Shown here: piece after piece, positions 39,786-49,170 of the stretch
How positions within the stretch are numbered: position 1 is the stretch's first letter
How the letters are laid out: each line of letters opens with the position of its first letter
From: an uncultured Verrucomicrobiae bacterium
GTDB taxonomy: Bacteria; Verrucomicrobiota; Verrucomicrobiia; Limisphaerales; Palsa-1400
Assembly: GCA_963702845.1 (NCBI GenBank)
Contig: OY969763.1
Location: forward strand, 2,528,001-2,592,000
Reading direction: 5' to 3'
DNA length: 64,000 nucleotides
Notes under the pieces: model-generated
What the model was told of the DNA's origin: nothing
The model's database searches: none
What the model saw: only the letters and a program-made list of their open reading frames with translations
Position numbers and translations under genes: made by a program

Positions 39786-41192
39786 ATGAAGAAACAATCT
39801 CCAGTATCACGCAGCGGTCGATTTGTCAGCGGACCCGCGGCCGATGCGGCCCAATTTACTGAATCGATTTCTTTTGACTGGCGCTTGTGGGAGCACGACA
39901 TTCTCGGTTCATTGGCCCACGCGGCGATGCTCCACAAAATCGGGCTGTTAACAAAAACCGAGCTGACATCTATTCAGAAAACGCTCGAGGCAATCGCCGA
40001 GGAAATCAGCGCGGGCAAATTTCGTTGGGATGCGGCGCTCGAAGATGTTCACATGAACATTGAGGCGGAGTTGACGCGCCGCGCTCCCGCCGGTGCGAAA
40101 TTGCACACTGGCCGTTCGCGCAATGACCAGGTTGCACTCGATTTGCGGATGTGGTTGCGCGACGAAATTGTATTGCTGAATCGCGCCATCCGCAGCTTAC
40201 AGTTGTCGCTCGTCAATCTCGGCACGAAATATTCGAACGTTCTTATCCCGGGTTACACGCATCTGCAACGAGCGCAGCCGGTTTATTTTGCGCATCATTT
40301 GCTCGCCTATACTGAAATGTTGGAACGCGACCACCAACGCTTCAGTGATTGCTTTTGGCGGACGAATGTTTGTCCTCTGGGCAGCGGCGCAATTGCAGGA
40401 TCGACGTTACCCCTCGATCGGGAGCTTGTAGCAAAGATGCTCGGATTTGTGGACGCCAAAAACCAACCGCGCGTCACGCAAAACTCGATGGACGCGGTCA
40501 GCGATCGCGACTATGTCGTTGAATTCTGCAGCGCGGCGGCGTTGCTGGCGGTGCATTTATCGCGACTGGCTGAAGACATTGTGCTTTGGAGCAGCTCCGA
40601 ATTTTCATTCATTAAGATTTCCGACGCTTACACAACTGGCTCGTCTTTAATGCCGCAGAAAAAGAATCCGGACGTGGCAGAATTGGTGCGCGGAAAGTCA
40701 GGCCGCGTCGTTGGCAATCTGATGGCATTGCTCACGTTGCTCAAAGGCTTGCCGATGACCTACAACCGCGACTTGCAAGAAGATAAAGAACGTTTGTTTG
40801 ACACGGCAAACACGGTCCATACCTCGGTTCGACTAACGGCGGCCATGCTCGATAACACGAAGGTCAATGAACAGTCGTGCAATGTTGCCGCGTCCGATGC
40901 TGGGCTCCTCGCGACAGACCTGGCTGATTACCTCGTGCGAAAAGGAATGCCATTCCGCCAGGCACATCACGTTGTTGGAGCCGTCGTTGCTGCTGGCGAA
41001 CGTGACGGCAAATCACTTAATCAGATGACCGTAACGTCATTGAAGCAGATCGACTCTCATTTCGATAATGACGTTGCTAGAATCTTTGACCTAAAAAGCG
41101 CGATGAGCCGCCGCGAGCTGATTGGCGCACCTGGAACAAAACAGGTCGCAAAACAACTCGCCCGCTGGAAGAAACTCTTGCGGGCCACATAA
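39786..41192 (+). CDS. argH: Argininosuccinate lyase
   Basis: EDVHMNIE, LHTGRSRNDQV, PGYTHLQRAQP, GSSLMPQKKNPD and YNRDLQEDK. Confidence 0.97.
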   Translation: MKKQSPVSRSGRFVSGPAADAAQFTESISFDWRLWEHDILGSLAHAAMLHKIGLLTKTELTSIQKTLEAIAEEISAGKFRWDAALEDVHMNIEAELTRRAPAGAKLHTGRSRNDQVALDLRMWLRDEIVLLNRAIRSLQLSLVNLGTKYSNVLIPGYTHLQRAQPVYFAHHLLAYTEMLERDHQRFSDCFWRTNVCPLGSGAIAGSTLPLDRELVAKMLGFVDAKNQPRVTQNSMDAVSDRDYVVEFCSAAALLAVHLSRLAEDIVLWSSSEFSFIKISDAYTTGSSLMPQKKNPDVAELVRGKSGRVVGNLMALLTLLKGLPMTYNRDLQEDKERLFDTANTVHTSVRLTAAMLDNTKVNEQSCNVAASDAGLLATDLADYLVRKGMPFRQAHHVVGAVVAAGERDGKSLNQMTVTSLKQIDSHFDNDVARIFDLKSAMSRRELIGAPGTKQVAKQLARWKKLLRAT

Positions 41193-41194
41193 GG

Positions 41195-42199
41195 ATGCGC
41201 TCGGAACTGCTTTCCAGTCTGCTTAAAGAAGTTTCGCGTTCATTTTATCTGACGATGCGGATTCTGCCCGCTCGTATCCGGCCGCAGATCGGGACCGCAT
41301 ATCTCCTTGCGCGGACCACGGACACGATTGCTGATACCGGTGTCATTTCGATCGACTCACGGCTTTCAGCGCTTGGGCAACTGCGCGAGAAAATCAGCGG
41401 CACCAGTTCGGGGATCCTTAATTTCGGCGCGTTGGCGAAAAACCAGTCATTACCGGCCGAGCGCGTTTTGTTGGAGCGGGCCGAAGAAGCTGTTTCGTTA
41501 CTTGATGGTTTTTCCGAAGCCGACCGTCAGCGGATTCGGAACGTGCTAAGCATCATCACGAGCGGCCAGGAGCTGGATTTGAAACGTTTCTCCTGCGCGA
41601 CCGCCGAGCGCATAGTCGCTCTGCAATCTGACGCCGAGTTGGATGACTACACCTACCGCGTCGCCGGTTGCGTTGGCGAGTTTTGGACGAAAGTTTGCCA
41701 TGCCCACCTGTTCCCGGAGTTGAATGTGGATCAACTTGTGCCGGATTCGATTCGGTTCGGAAAGGGACTACAATTGGTAAACATCTTGCGTGACGTGCCG
41801 CGCGATCTTCGTAACGGTCGATGTTACTTTCCCGAACCGCGATTGCGCCAACTTGGCCTCGCGCCCCAGGACCTGTTGGCGCCAGAACGAGAGAAAGCCT
41901 TTCGTCCGTTATATGACGAATATTTGGCGATGGCGGAGTCGCATCTGGAAGCGGGTTGGCGGTACACCATTCGGCTTCCGAGAAAACAGATTCGACTGCG
42001 CCTGGCGTGCGCCTGGCCTATCCTTATTGGGATCCAAACGTTGCAAAAATTGAAAACCGGACCGATCCTTGACCCCAGCCACACCATCAAAGTCAGCCGC
42101 CGCGAGGTGCGCCGCATCGTGATGCGGTCGATAGCGAGCTATCCCCTCAAAAAGGTTTGGGAATCACAGCTTTGTAAGGGACCACACGACATTGATTGA
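41195..42199 (+). CDS. Squalene/phytoene synthase family protein (farnesyl-diphosphate farnesyltransferase type)
   Basis: VSRSF, DTIAD, YTYRVAGCVGEFW and GKGLQLVNILRD...DLRNGRCY. Confidence 0.9.
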   Translation: MRSELLSSLLKEVSRSFYLTMRILPARIRPQIGTAYLLARTTDTIADTGVISIDSRLSALGQLREKISGTSSGILNFGALAKNQSLPAERVLLERAEEAVSLLDGFSEADRQRIRNVLSIITSGQELDLKRFSCATAERIVALQSDAELDDYTYRVAGCVGEFWTKVCHAHLFPELNVDQLVPDSIRFGKGLQLVNILRDVPRDLRNGRCYFPEPRLRQLGLAPQDLLAPEREKAFRPLYDEYLAMAESHLEAGWRYTIRLPRKQIRLRLACAWPILIGIQTLQKLKTGPILDPSHTIKVSRREVRRIVMRSIASYPLKKVWESQLCKGPHDID

Positions 42200-42236
42200 A
42201 GTTGATTGCGGAGGCTGTTTTCAGTAAAAAGTCAGG

Positions 42237-45200
42237 ATGCGAATTTATCGGTTCTTCGTCCGCTCGCTGACGCTTATGCTCAGCGCCGGGCTTCTGTACG
42301 CGCAGGTCAGCACGAAACGTAACGCGTTCAAGGCATACGAGACCTCGTGGCAGAAACAGCTCGAATCGCGTGCCGATCAATCCGACGTCAGCGCCAAAGA
42401 AGCCGATGCCAAAGCGCGTTACGCCCAAGAGCAAATTCTAGAAGCTTCCCGCGAAAAGAGAACTCCTGAAATCGCGCAACGTTTTCTGGAATTACGCGCC
42501 GAGGCCGCTCAAGCGGAAGCAGACGCAGCTCAACTTCGCTCTGACGCGGCCAAGGATCGCGCCGAAGCCGCTAAAGACCGCAGTGATTCCGCCAAAGCCG
42601 CCGCCGACAATCCGGGCGCACATGGCCAGCATAAATATTACGACGCGATCTGGTTGAAACAGGTCCAGCAACGCGCCGAAGATTCTGCAAAGAAGCTCGC
42701 TGAAGAAGCTTCACGAAAAGCCAAAATCGCTACCAACGCAAATCGCGCGGCCCAATCCAGCGCTGAATCGTTAGCCAAGCAGACGATTCGCCAACAGAAA
42801 CCTGCGGTTCCGACAGCCCCGATAGCTGAATCGAAGGAATCTATCGCGGTTCAGCCTGTTAAACCGGCTGTAGCCGTTGTTAAGGTGGCACCGATCGATA
42901 CCCAAAGTGGCGAGCTTGAACAAAGGCGCGCTGAACTCAAAGCCGCGGAAGAACGCATTAAAGCTGAAGAAGCGCGCTTGGCGGAGTTGAAGGCCAAAGA
43001 AGATTTGGAACGCGCTCGCATTGAGGCCGAAACCGCTGAACGTTCGCGCCAAGCCGAAAAGACCGCGGAATTTAAGAAAGCCCAGATTGAAGCAGCGGCG
43101 AAAGAAAAAGCGCGCAAAGAAGAAGATCGCAAACTCGCCATTGAGGAAGCGGCGTCGAAGAAAGAAGCAGAACATCAGGCCGCGTTGAAGGCTAAAGGTG
43201 AAAAAGAAGCCGCCGATCGTCTCGCTGCCGAACAAGCGTCCGCTGAAAAAGCCCGTAAGAAAGCCGACAAGGAATCTGCACGCCAGCAGAAGGAACGCGA
43301 ACTCGCTGACAAGAAAGCTGCTCAAGAACGCGCTATCGCAGAACGTAACGCGCAGGAACAGCAAGCTCACGAAACGAAAGCAAAGGAAGAAGCTGACCGC
43401 AAGGCGCAACTGGCCGAAGATAAACGCGCGAAGGAACTCGAGATCCAAAAAGGCGCCGAAGCCAAAGCTGCCCAAATCGCTGCTGAACGACAGGCAGCCG
43501 AAGAAGCTGCCCGTGCAAAAGCTGAAGCCAAAGCTGCTAGAATTGCCACTCAAAAGCAAAGTGCTGAAGAAGCCGCCCGTTCTAAAGCCCAGGCGGAAGA
43601 AGCCCGTCGTCAAGCCGACAAACTTGCAGCGAAAAAGACACAGGAAGAAAAAGCTTTAATCGTCGCAACCGAAACACGCACCGAACAAGAGCGTCTCGCG
43701 AATTTGGCAAAGGCACAACACGACACCGATCGCAAAGCTGCTGAAGAAAAAGCCAAGCAGGACGAACGTGAGCGCAACGCCCAGCAACTCGCCGCTGAGA
43801 AAAAGGCGAAACAAGAAGCGGAAGCTAACCGCAAAGCCGAAAAGATAGCCGCTGAAAAAGCCCACGCTGAACAGGTCGCTACTGAGAAAGCACGCGTGAA
43901 AGCGGAAAAAGAAGCCGCCCGCCAGGAAAAAACGCGTATCGCTGCGGAGAAAAAAGCCGCTGCTGAAGAAGCCGCGCGGATCAAACAACAAGAAGAGTTG
44001 GCCGCACGCGAAGCCAAGGTGAAGGAAAAAGCGGAGCGTGATGCCGCCCGCGCTGAGAAGGCACAGTCGACAGCCGCTACTACAACAACTACGGACGACA
44101 AAGCGGCGAAAGAACATTTGTTAGTCACCGAACGCCAGCGCGAAGCTGACACTAAAGCTGAACAGGCCCGCGCGAAAGCCGAACAGGAAAAGCAGGCCAA
44201 GGAAGCCCGCCGCCAAGAGTTAGCCGCACAGAAGAAGGCAGCGCAAGAAGCAGAACTTCAAGCGAAGCAGGACAAAGCGGAGAAAGCCCGCATGGCAAAA
44301 TTGGAACAGGAGCGCCAGAAGATTGCCGCATTGGAAGCTGCAAAACAGCGCGAAGTTCAAACTCAACAGAGCGTTGCGTCGGCTCCAAAGAAGACCGACC
44401 AATTGACTGATGCAGACCGCAAGGCGTTACAGCAGGACGAAGCGAACCGTTTAGCTCAGATGCTCGCGCAAAGCCCTCGCCCTGCCCTCGTCACCCAACC
44501 GAAAGCTTCCGTCATTGCGCAACCGAAATCGGCGGCCGTTATTGAACCAGCCGTTGCAGTGAGAACAACCGAAACACCTGCGGTCAAATTAATCCCCGTC
44601 TCCGAAAAAGTCTCTGCGCCGTCGACGGATACCGATTCTCTTCTGCGTGCGCTGCGCAGTAAAGAAGCCGAACTCAAACCATCGGCTCCGCAAGCTCCCG
44701 CTCCGGTAAAACGAACCGAAGCATCTGCGAAACCGGCCAAACCCGCAGCCCCGGTGGTGCAGTCTACAGCAGTGCAGCCCGCTCCGATTGCTCCGGCTGC
44801 CACCACGAAGGAAGAGAAGTTAGCGGACCTGCTCCGGCGCTATCGTGCCGATCAACTCACTCCGAAAGAATATCATGATCAGCGTGCGGCGATAATGGCT
44901 GGTCAGGAGCCAGTCGCACCAGTCACACCTGCAAAGCCGATCAACAAAGTCGATTCACAACAGGAAAAGCAACGCCTCGACGCGATAGCCGAACAGCAAC
45001 GTGTTGCCGCGGCGGAAAGCGCACGAGCCGAAGCCGCACGCAAAGAAGCAGCAGAAATCGCTCGTAAGCAGGCCGCTGAAAAAGCCGAAAAGGAAAAAGC
45101 TGAAGCAATGGCTCGTCAGGCTGAAGAAGCGCACAAAGCTGCTGACGCTCGTGCTCAACAGGAACGCGCTGCCGCAGCCGCGGCAACCGCGACCGCTGCG

Positions 45201-46163
45201 AAAGTTTCGACTCCAGCGCCAATTGTGGCTGTGGCTTCAACGCCAGCTCTTGATTCATCAGGTCAAGGCAAAGAACAAAAACTCGCCGAACTGCTTCGCC
45301 GCTATCGTGCAAACGAAATCACCCCGCGCGAATATCACGAACAGCGTTCCCACGTTCTCGCCGGTGGAGATATTACTCCCGCGGCCCCGATTCAAATCGC
45401 CACACCATTACTGACGCAACCTGCTGTCGCTGCTGACACCCAAAAAGAAGCCGAATCAAAAGCAGCGCAAAAAGCACTCGCCGACGCCCGTCACGCCAAA
45501 GCCGCTCAGGATAAAGCGCAACGTGAAACGGACGCGAAGGCTCGCACTGCGCAAGAACAAGCCGCCCGCCAGGAAGCGGCGCATCAGGCTGCGTTGGCGG
45601 CAAAACAAGCTGAGACTGATCCACTGGTCAGGGCGTTGCGTTCGAAAGAAAAAGAAATTACCGCAAGTTCAGCCCCGGCGCCTTCTGCAGTGGCTCAGCC
45701 AACGTCGACTGATGCTGCTTACGCCAATCGCCTCCTGAAAATGGAAAAAGAGCGCGCCGAAGCCGCTCACAAAGAAGCTGCGCGCGCTCAACAGACTGCT
45801 CGCGTCGAAGCCCCCGCACCAGCGGCGACACCATCAGCGGTGACGGCACATCCTTCGATGGCAACCCCGACATCACTGGACGCAATTCTTCTAGCCGTTC
45901 GCCAGAAACAAACTGAACTACAATCAGGCGGACAAAAATCTGAAGTTACGCCTATCGCAATTACGACACCTACGTCAGCCCCTGCTCCCGTGGCTGCACC
46001 GGCTGAAACGCCGGTAGTGCAAACCGCTACCGCAACCCTCACGCCTCGAACCGGTTTAACAAAGGAACAACGCGTTGCTGAATTGCTGCGTCGTTACAAA
46101 GCTGAAGAAATTTCGGCGCTTGAATACCGTATGGAACGCGCGAAAGTTTTGTCTGAACCGTAA
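42237..46163 (+). CDS. Large exported Ala/Lys/Glu-rich coiled-coil protein with three SHOCT-like repeats
   Basis: Signal peptide, long AEK-rich helix, Pro/Ala/Thr linkers and three KExxxAxLLRRYxAxxxxxxEYxxxR motifs. Confidence 0.8.
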   Translation: MRIYRFFVRSLTLMLSAGLLYAQVSTKRNAFKAYETSWQKQLESRADQSDVSAKEADAKARYAQEQILEASREKRTPEIAQRFLELRAEAAQAEADAAQLRSDAAKDRAEAAKDRSDSAKAAADNPGAHGQHKYYDAIWLKQVQQRAEDSAKKLAEEASRKAKIATNANRAAQSSAESLAKQTIRQQKPAVPTAPIAESKESIAVQPVKPAVAVVKVAPIDTQSGELEQRRAELKAAEERIKAEEARLAELKAKEDLERARIEAETAERSRQAEKTAEFKKAQIEAAAKEKARKEEDRKLAIEEAASKKEAEHQAALKAKGEKEAADRLAAEQASAEKARKKADKESARQQKERELADKKAAQERAIAERNAQEQQAHETKAKEEADRKAQLAEDKRAKELEIQKGAEAKAAQIAAERQAAEEAARAKAEAKAARIATQKQSAEEAARSKAQAEEARRQADKLAAKKTQEEKALIVATETRTEQERLANLAKAQHDTDRKAAEEKAKQDERERNAQQLAAEKKAKQEAEANRKAEKIAAEKAHAEQVATEKARVKAEKEAARQEKTRIAAEKKAAAEEAARIKQQEELAAREAKVKEKAERDAARAEKAQSTAATTTTTDDKAAKEHLLVTERQREADTKAEQARAKAEQEKQAKEARRQELAAQKKAAQEAELQAKQDKAEKARMAKLEQERQKIAALEAAKQREVQTQQSVASAPKKTDQLTDADRKALQQDEANRLAQMLAQSPRPALVTQPKASVIAQPKSAAVIEPAVAVRTTETPAVKLIPVSEKVSAPSTDTDSLLRALRSKEAELKPSAPQAPAPVKRTEASAKPAKPAAPVVQSTAVQPAPIAPAATTKEEKLADLLRRYRADQLTPKEYHDQRAAIMAGQEPVAPVTPAKPINKVDSQQEKQRLDAIAEQQRVAAAESARAEAARKEAAEIARKQAAEKAEKEKAEAMARQAEEAHKAADARAQQERAAAAAATATAAKVSTPAPIVAVASTPALDSSGQGKEQKLAELLRRYRANEITPREYHEQRSHVLAGGDITPAAPIQIATPLLTQPAVAADTQKEAESKAAQKALADARHAKAAQDKAQRETDAKARTAQEQAARQEAAHQAALAAKQAETDPLVRALRSKEKEITASSAPAPSAVAQPTSTDAAYANRLLKMEKERAEAAHKEAARAQQTARVEAPAPAATPSAVTAHPSMATPTSLDAILLAVRQKQTELQSGGQKSEVTPIAITTPTSAPAPVAAPAETPVVQTATATLTPRTGLTKEQRVAELLRRYKAEEISALEYRMERAKVLSEP

Positions 46164-46188
46164 GTTTTACGTTCAGTTTAATCCACAC

Positions 46189-46222
46189 AATGCCGCAGCC
46201 ATGGGTTGCGGCATTTCTCTTT
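46189..46222 (+). terminator. Terminator-like hairpin
   Basis: aatgccgcagcc-atg-ggttgcggcatt followed by tctcttt. Confidence 0.7.
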
Positions 46223-46293
46223 AAATTCCCAACTCGACATCGGGCGAGCTTCCGTTAGATATTCGGCACTCGTAATTTCTTAACGAGATTGCC

Positions 46294-47604
46294 ATGCACC
46301 ATTTCCAATACCGAAACAACAAACTCCACTGTGAAGGCGTGTCCATTCAATCGCTCGCCGAAAAATTTGGGACTCCGCTTTATATTTATTCCCAAGCCAC
46401 CCTGACCGACCACTATCAAAAACTGGACAAGGCGCTTGCCCCGCTCGACCACATGATTTGCTTCGCCATGAAGGCGAATTCGAATCTCGCCGTCATGCGC
46501 GTTCTCGCAAATCAAGGCAGTGGCTTCGACCTCGTCAGCGGCGGCGAACTTCAACGAGTCATCGCTGCCGGTGGTGATCCGCGTAAATGCGCGTTTGCTG
46601 GCGTCGGCAAAACAGAAGAAGAAATCGAGTTCGCTTTGCGCAAGGGCATCTACACTTTCAATGCTGAAAGCGAACCGGAACTGCTTCGCATCAACAAAGT
46701 CGCCGCGCGCCTAAAGAAAATCGCTCCCGTTGCCGTTCGCGTGAACCCGAACATCGATGCACACACGCACGCCAAGATCACAACCGGCACATACGAAAAT
46801 AAATTTGGCATCCAATTCGAACAGGTCGAAGGCATTTATGCGCGCGCGTCAAAACTGAAGAACCTGCGTTTCCGCGGTCTCCAGATGCACATCGGTTCAC
46901 AGCTCACAAGCGTCAACCCCTACGAGCAAGCCGTTGAAAAAGTGCTGCCAATGGTGAAAAAGCTCGCCGCTAAATATAAATTCGAATTCTTCAGCATCGG
47001 CGGCGGACTGGGAATCATCTATAAGCCCGCGCTCGCGAGCGGACAGGAAGGCTGGTGGAAATCATCCGACAGCAAAAGGACTCCTCACGCCGCGATCCTA
47101 CGCCTAACAAACTGATCCCATTGTTGAAGCCGCTTGGCTTGAAGATACTGATTGAACCCGGCCGTTTCATCGTCGGCAATGCCGGCATTCTCGTCACGCG
47201 CGTCGAATACGTGAAGCGCACTGGCAAAGAAAAACTTTGTCATCGTCGACGCCGCCATGAATGACCTGATCCGCCCCGCATTTTACGATTCCTACCACGA
47301 AATCGTGCCTTTGCAGCAAGGACGCAACGGCGCGAGCAAAACGATTCCATCAGACGTTGTCGGACCGATTTGCGAATCCGGCGATTTCTTCTGCAAAGAT
47401 CGCCCGCTCCCGAAGGTCGACGAAGGCGATTATCTCGCACTGCTGAGCGCCGGTGCCTACGGATTTGTCATGGCGTCTAATTACAACGCGCGCGCGATGG
47501 CCGCCGAAATTCTCGTCAACGGCAAACAAGCTGCCGTCGTTCGCGAACGCCAGAAAGTGAAAGACATCTGGCGCGACGAAAACATTGCCGCCTGGCTAAA
47601 ATAA
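46294..47604 (+). CDS. lysA: Diaminopimelate decarboxylase, split by three apparent +1 indels
   Basis: FAMKANSN (PLP Lys), HIGSQ, IGGGLG, EPGRF, VGPICESGD and GAYGFVMASNYN. Indels near 47070, 47105 and 47229 restore the frame overall. Confidence 0.93.
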
Positions 47605-47614
47605 TTCAGAGCAA

Positions 47615-49144
47615 ATGAACCTCCGCACGGTCTGCGCGTTTCTGCTGCTTCCGCTCGCGAGCATCGCGGCAGAAGCAGATTTCGTCATTCGCAACGAAGC
47701 GGAGTTTCACAAAATCATTCCGCCGGATGCCAGGTTGGAAAAACTGGCATCCGGCATGTCGTTCACCGAAGGTCCGGTTTGGGTCGATTGGCTGTCGTCC
47801 GTTGTGTTTAGCGATATTCCCAGCGATGAGTTGAAAATCTGGAACACAAAAGATGGTCTCAAAACCTTCCGCAAACCCAGCCACAACTCGAACGGAAACG
47901 CTGTCGGCAGCGGTGAACGCATTATCACATGTGAGCACGCAACTCGGCGCGTATCCGTTCAGCAACGAAGTGGAGCTGTTGAAACCCTTGTTGATTCCTA
48001 CGAAGGCCACAAGCTCAACTCACCAAATGACGTCGTTGTAAAATCGGACGGCACGATTTGGTTCAGCGATCCGCCTTACGGAATTGATTTGAAGCAGCGC
48101 GAACTGCCCGGCAATTACGTTTTCCGGTTTGAACCAAAAACCAAACACCTCGTCGCCGTCGTTACAAACTTCGACATGCCGAACGGCCTTTGCTTTTCGC
48201 CCGATGAATCGAAGCTCTACGTCGCCGATTCCGGGGCGCCGCGGCACATCCGTGTTTTCAATTGCACGCATGATAACCATGTCGATGGCGGAAAAGTTTT
48301 CTGCGTCATCGACAAAGGCCTCCCCGATGGAATTCGCTGCGACCGCGCGGGCCGCACCTGGTCGACATCTGAGGACAGCGTCCAAATTTTTTCACCAACC
48401 GGTGAACTGATCGGAAAAATACTCGTGCCGGAAACCCCGGCGAATCTGTGCTTTGGCGGCGCGGATCACGACACGCTTTTCATAACGGCGCATTCGTCGC
48501 TCTACGCAATTAAGGTAAGCGCGCAAAAAAAGACTACCGTTGCTCCTGATCCACGCCGTTTTGAAAAAGAGATCCAAGCCTTTGAAGCCTCCGATCGAAA
48601 GAATCCTCCTTCAGCAGGCGGAATTGTTTTCGTGGGCAGTTCAAGCATCCGCAAGTGGATATCCGTCGCGAAAGATTTTCCAAATTGCCGCGTGCTCAAT
48701 CGCGGTTTCGGCGGCTCGCATTTAGATGATTCGGTCTATTACGCCGATCGCATTGTCTTGCCCTACAAACCAAAAACCATCGTGCTCTTCGCCGGCTCAA
48801 ATGACATCAGCTACGGATTGTCGCCGCAAGACGTGGCTGTGAGTTTCAATGCGTTTGTGCAAAAAGTCCGAACCGCCCTACCATCAACTGAAATTATTTA
48901 TCTGTCCATCAGCACAAGCCCCAGCCGGTGGGGTCAATTCAACCGCGTCAAAGAAGCCAATCGCCTCATTCAAGCTGAAATCAAAGACATGCCAAACGTC
49001 CGGTATGTTGATGTTGTTTCGACAATGCTCGACACCACCGGCAAACCGAACCCAGGTATCTACGGCCCTGACCGGTTGCACATGAACGAAAAGGGTTACG
49101 CGATCTGGACATCCATTTTACGCCCGTATTTGCATTGCGAGTAG
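47615..49144 (+). CDS. Exported SMP-30/gluconolactonase domain fused to SGNH/GDSL hydrolase domain
   Basis: FTEGPVW, LNSPND, PNGLCFSPD and PDGIRCD, then FVGSSSI, NRGFGGS, AGSND and DRLH. Confidence 0.88.
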   Translation: MNLRTVCAFLLLPLASIAAEADFVIRNEAEFHKIIPPDARLEKLASGMSFTEGPVWVDWLSSVVFSDIPSDELKIWNTKDGLKTFRKPSHNSNGNAVGSGERIITCEHATRRVSVQQRSGAVETLVDSYEGHKLNSPNDVVVKSDGTIWFSDPPYGIDLKQRELPGNYVFRFEPKTKHLVAVVTNFDMPNGLCFSPDESKLYVADSGAPRHIRVFNCTHDNHVDGGKVFCVIDKGLPDGIRCDRAGRTWSTSEDSVQIFSPTGELIGKILVPETPANLCFGGADHDTLFITAHSSLYAIKVSAQKKTTVAPDPRRFEKEIQAFEASDRKNPPSAGGIVFVGSSSIRKWISVAKDFPNCRVLNRGFGGSHLDDSVYYADRIVLPYKPKTIVLFAGSNDISYGLSPQDVAVSFNAFVQKVRTALPSTEIIYLSISTSPSRWGQFNRVKEANRLIQAEIKDMPNVRYVDVVSTMLDTTGKPNPGIYGPDRLHMNEKGYAIWTSILRPYLHCE

Positions 49145-49170
49145 CAGACGCGTTCTGGCAGATATACCTC

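Noticed and set aside
47060..47260. Programmed frameshifting in lysA
   Set aside because: Three separate +1 indels in a housekeeping gene with no slippery site or stimulator; sequencing error is more parsimonious.
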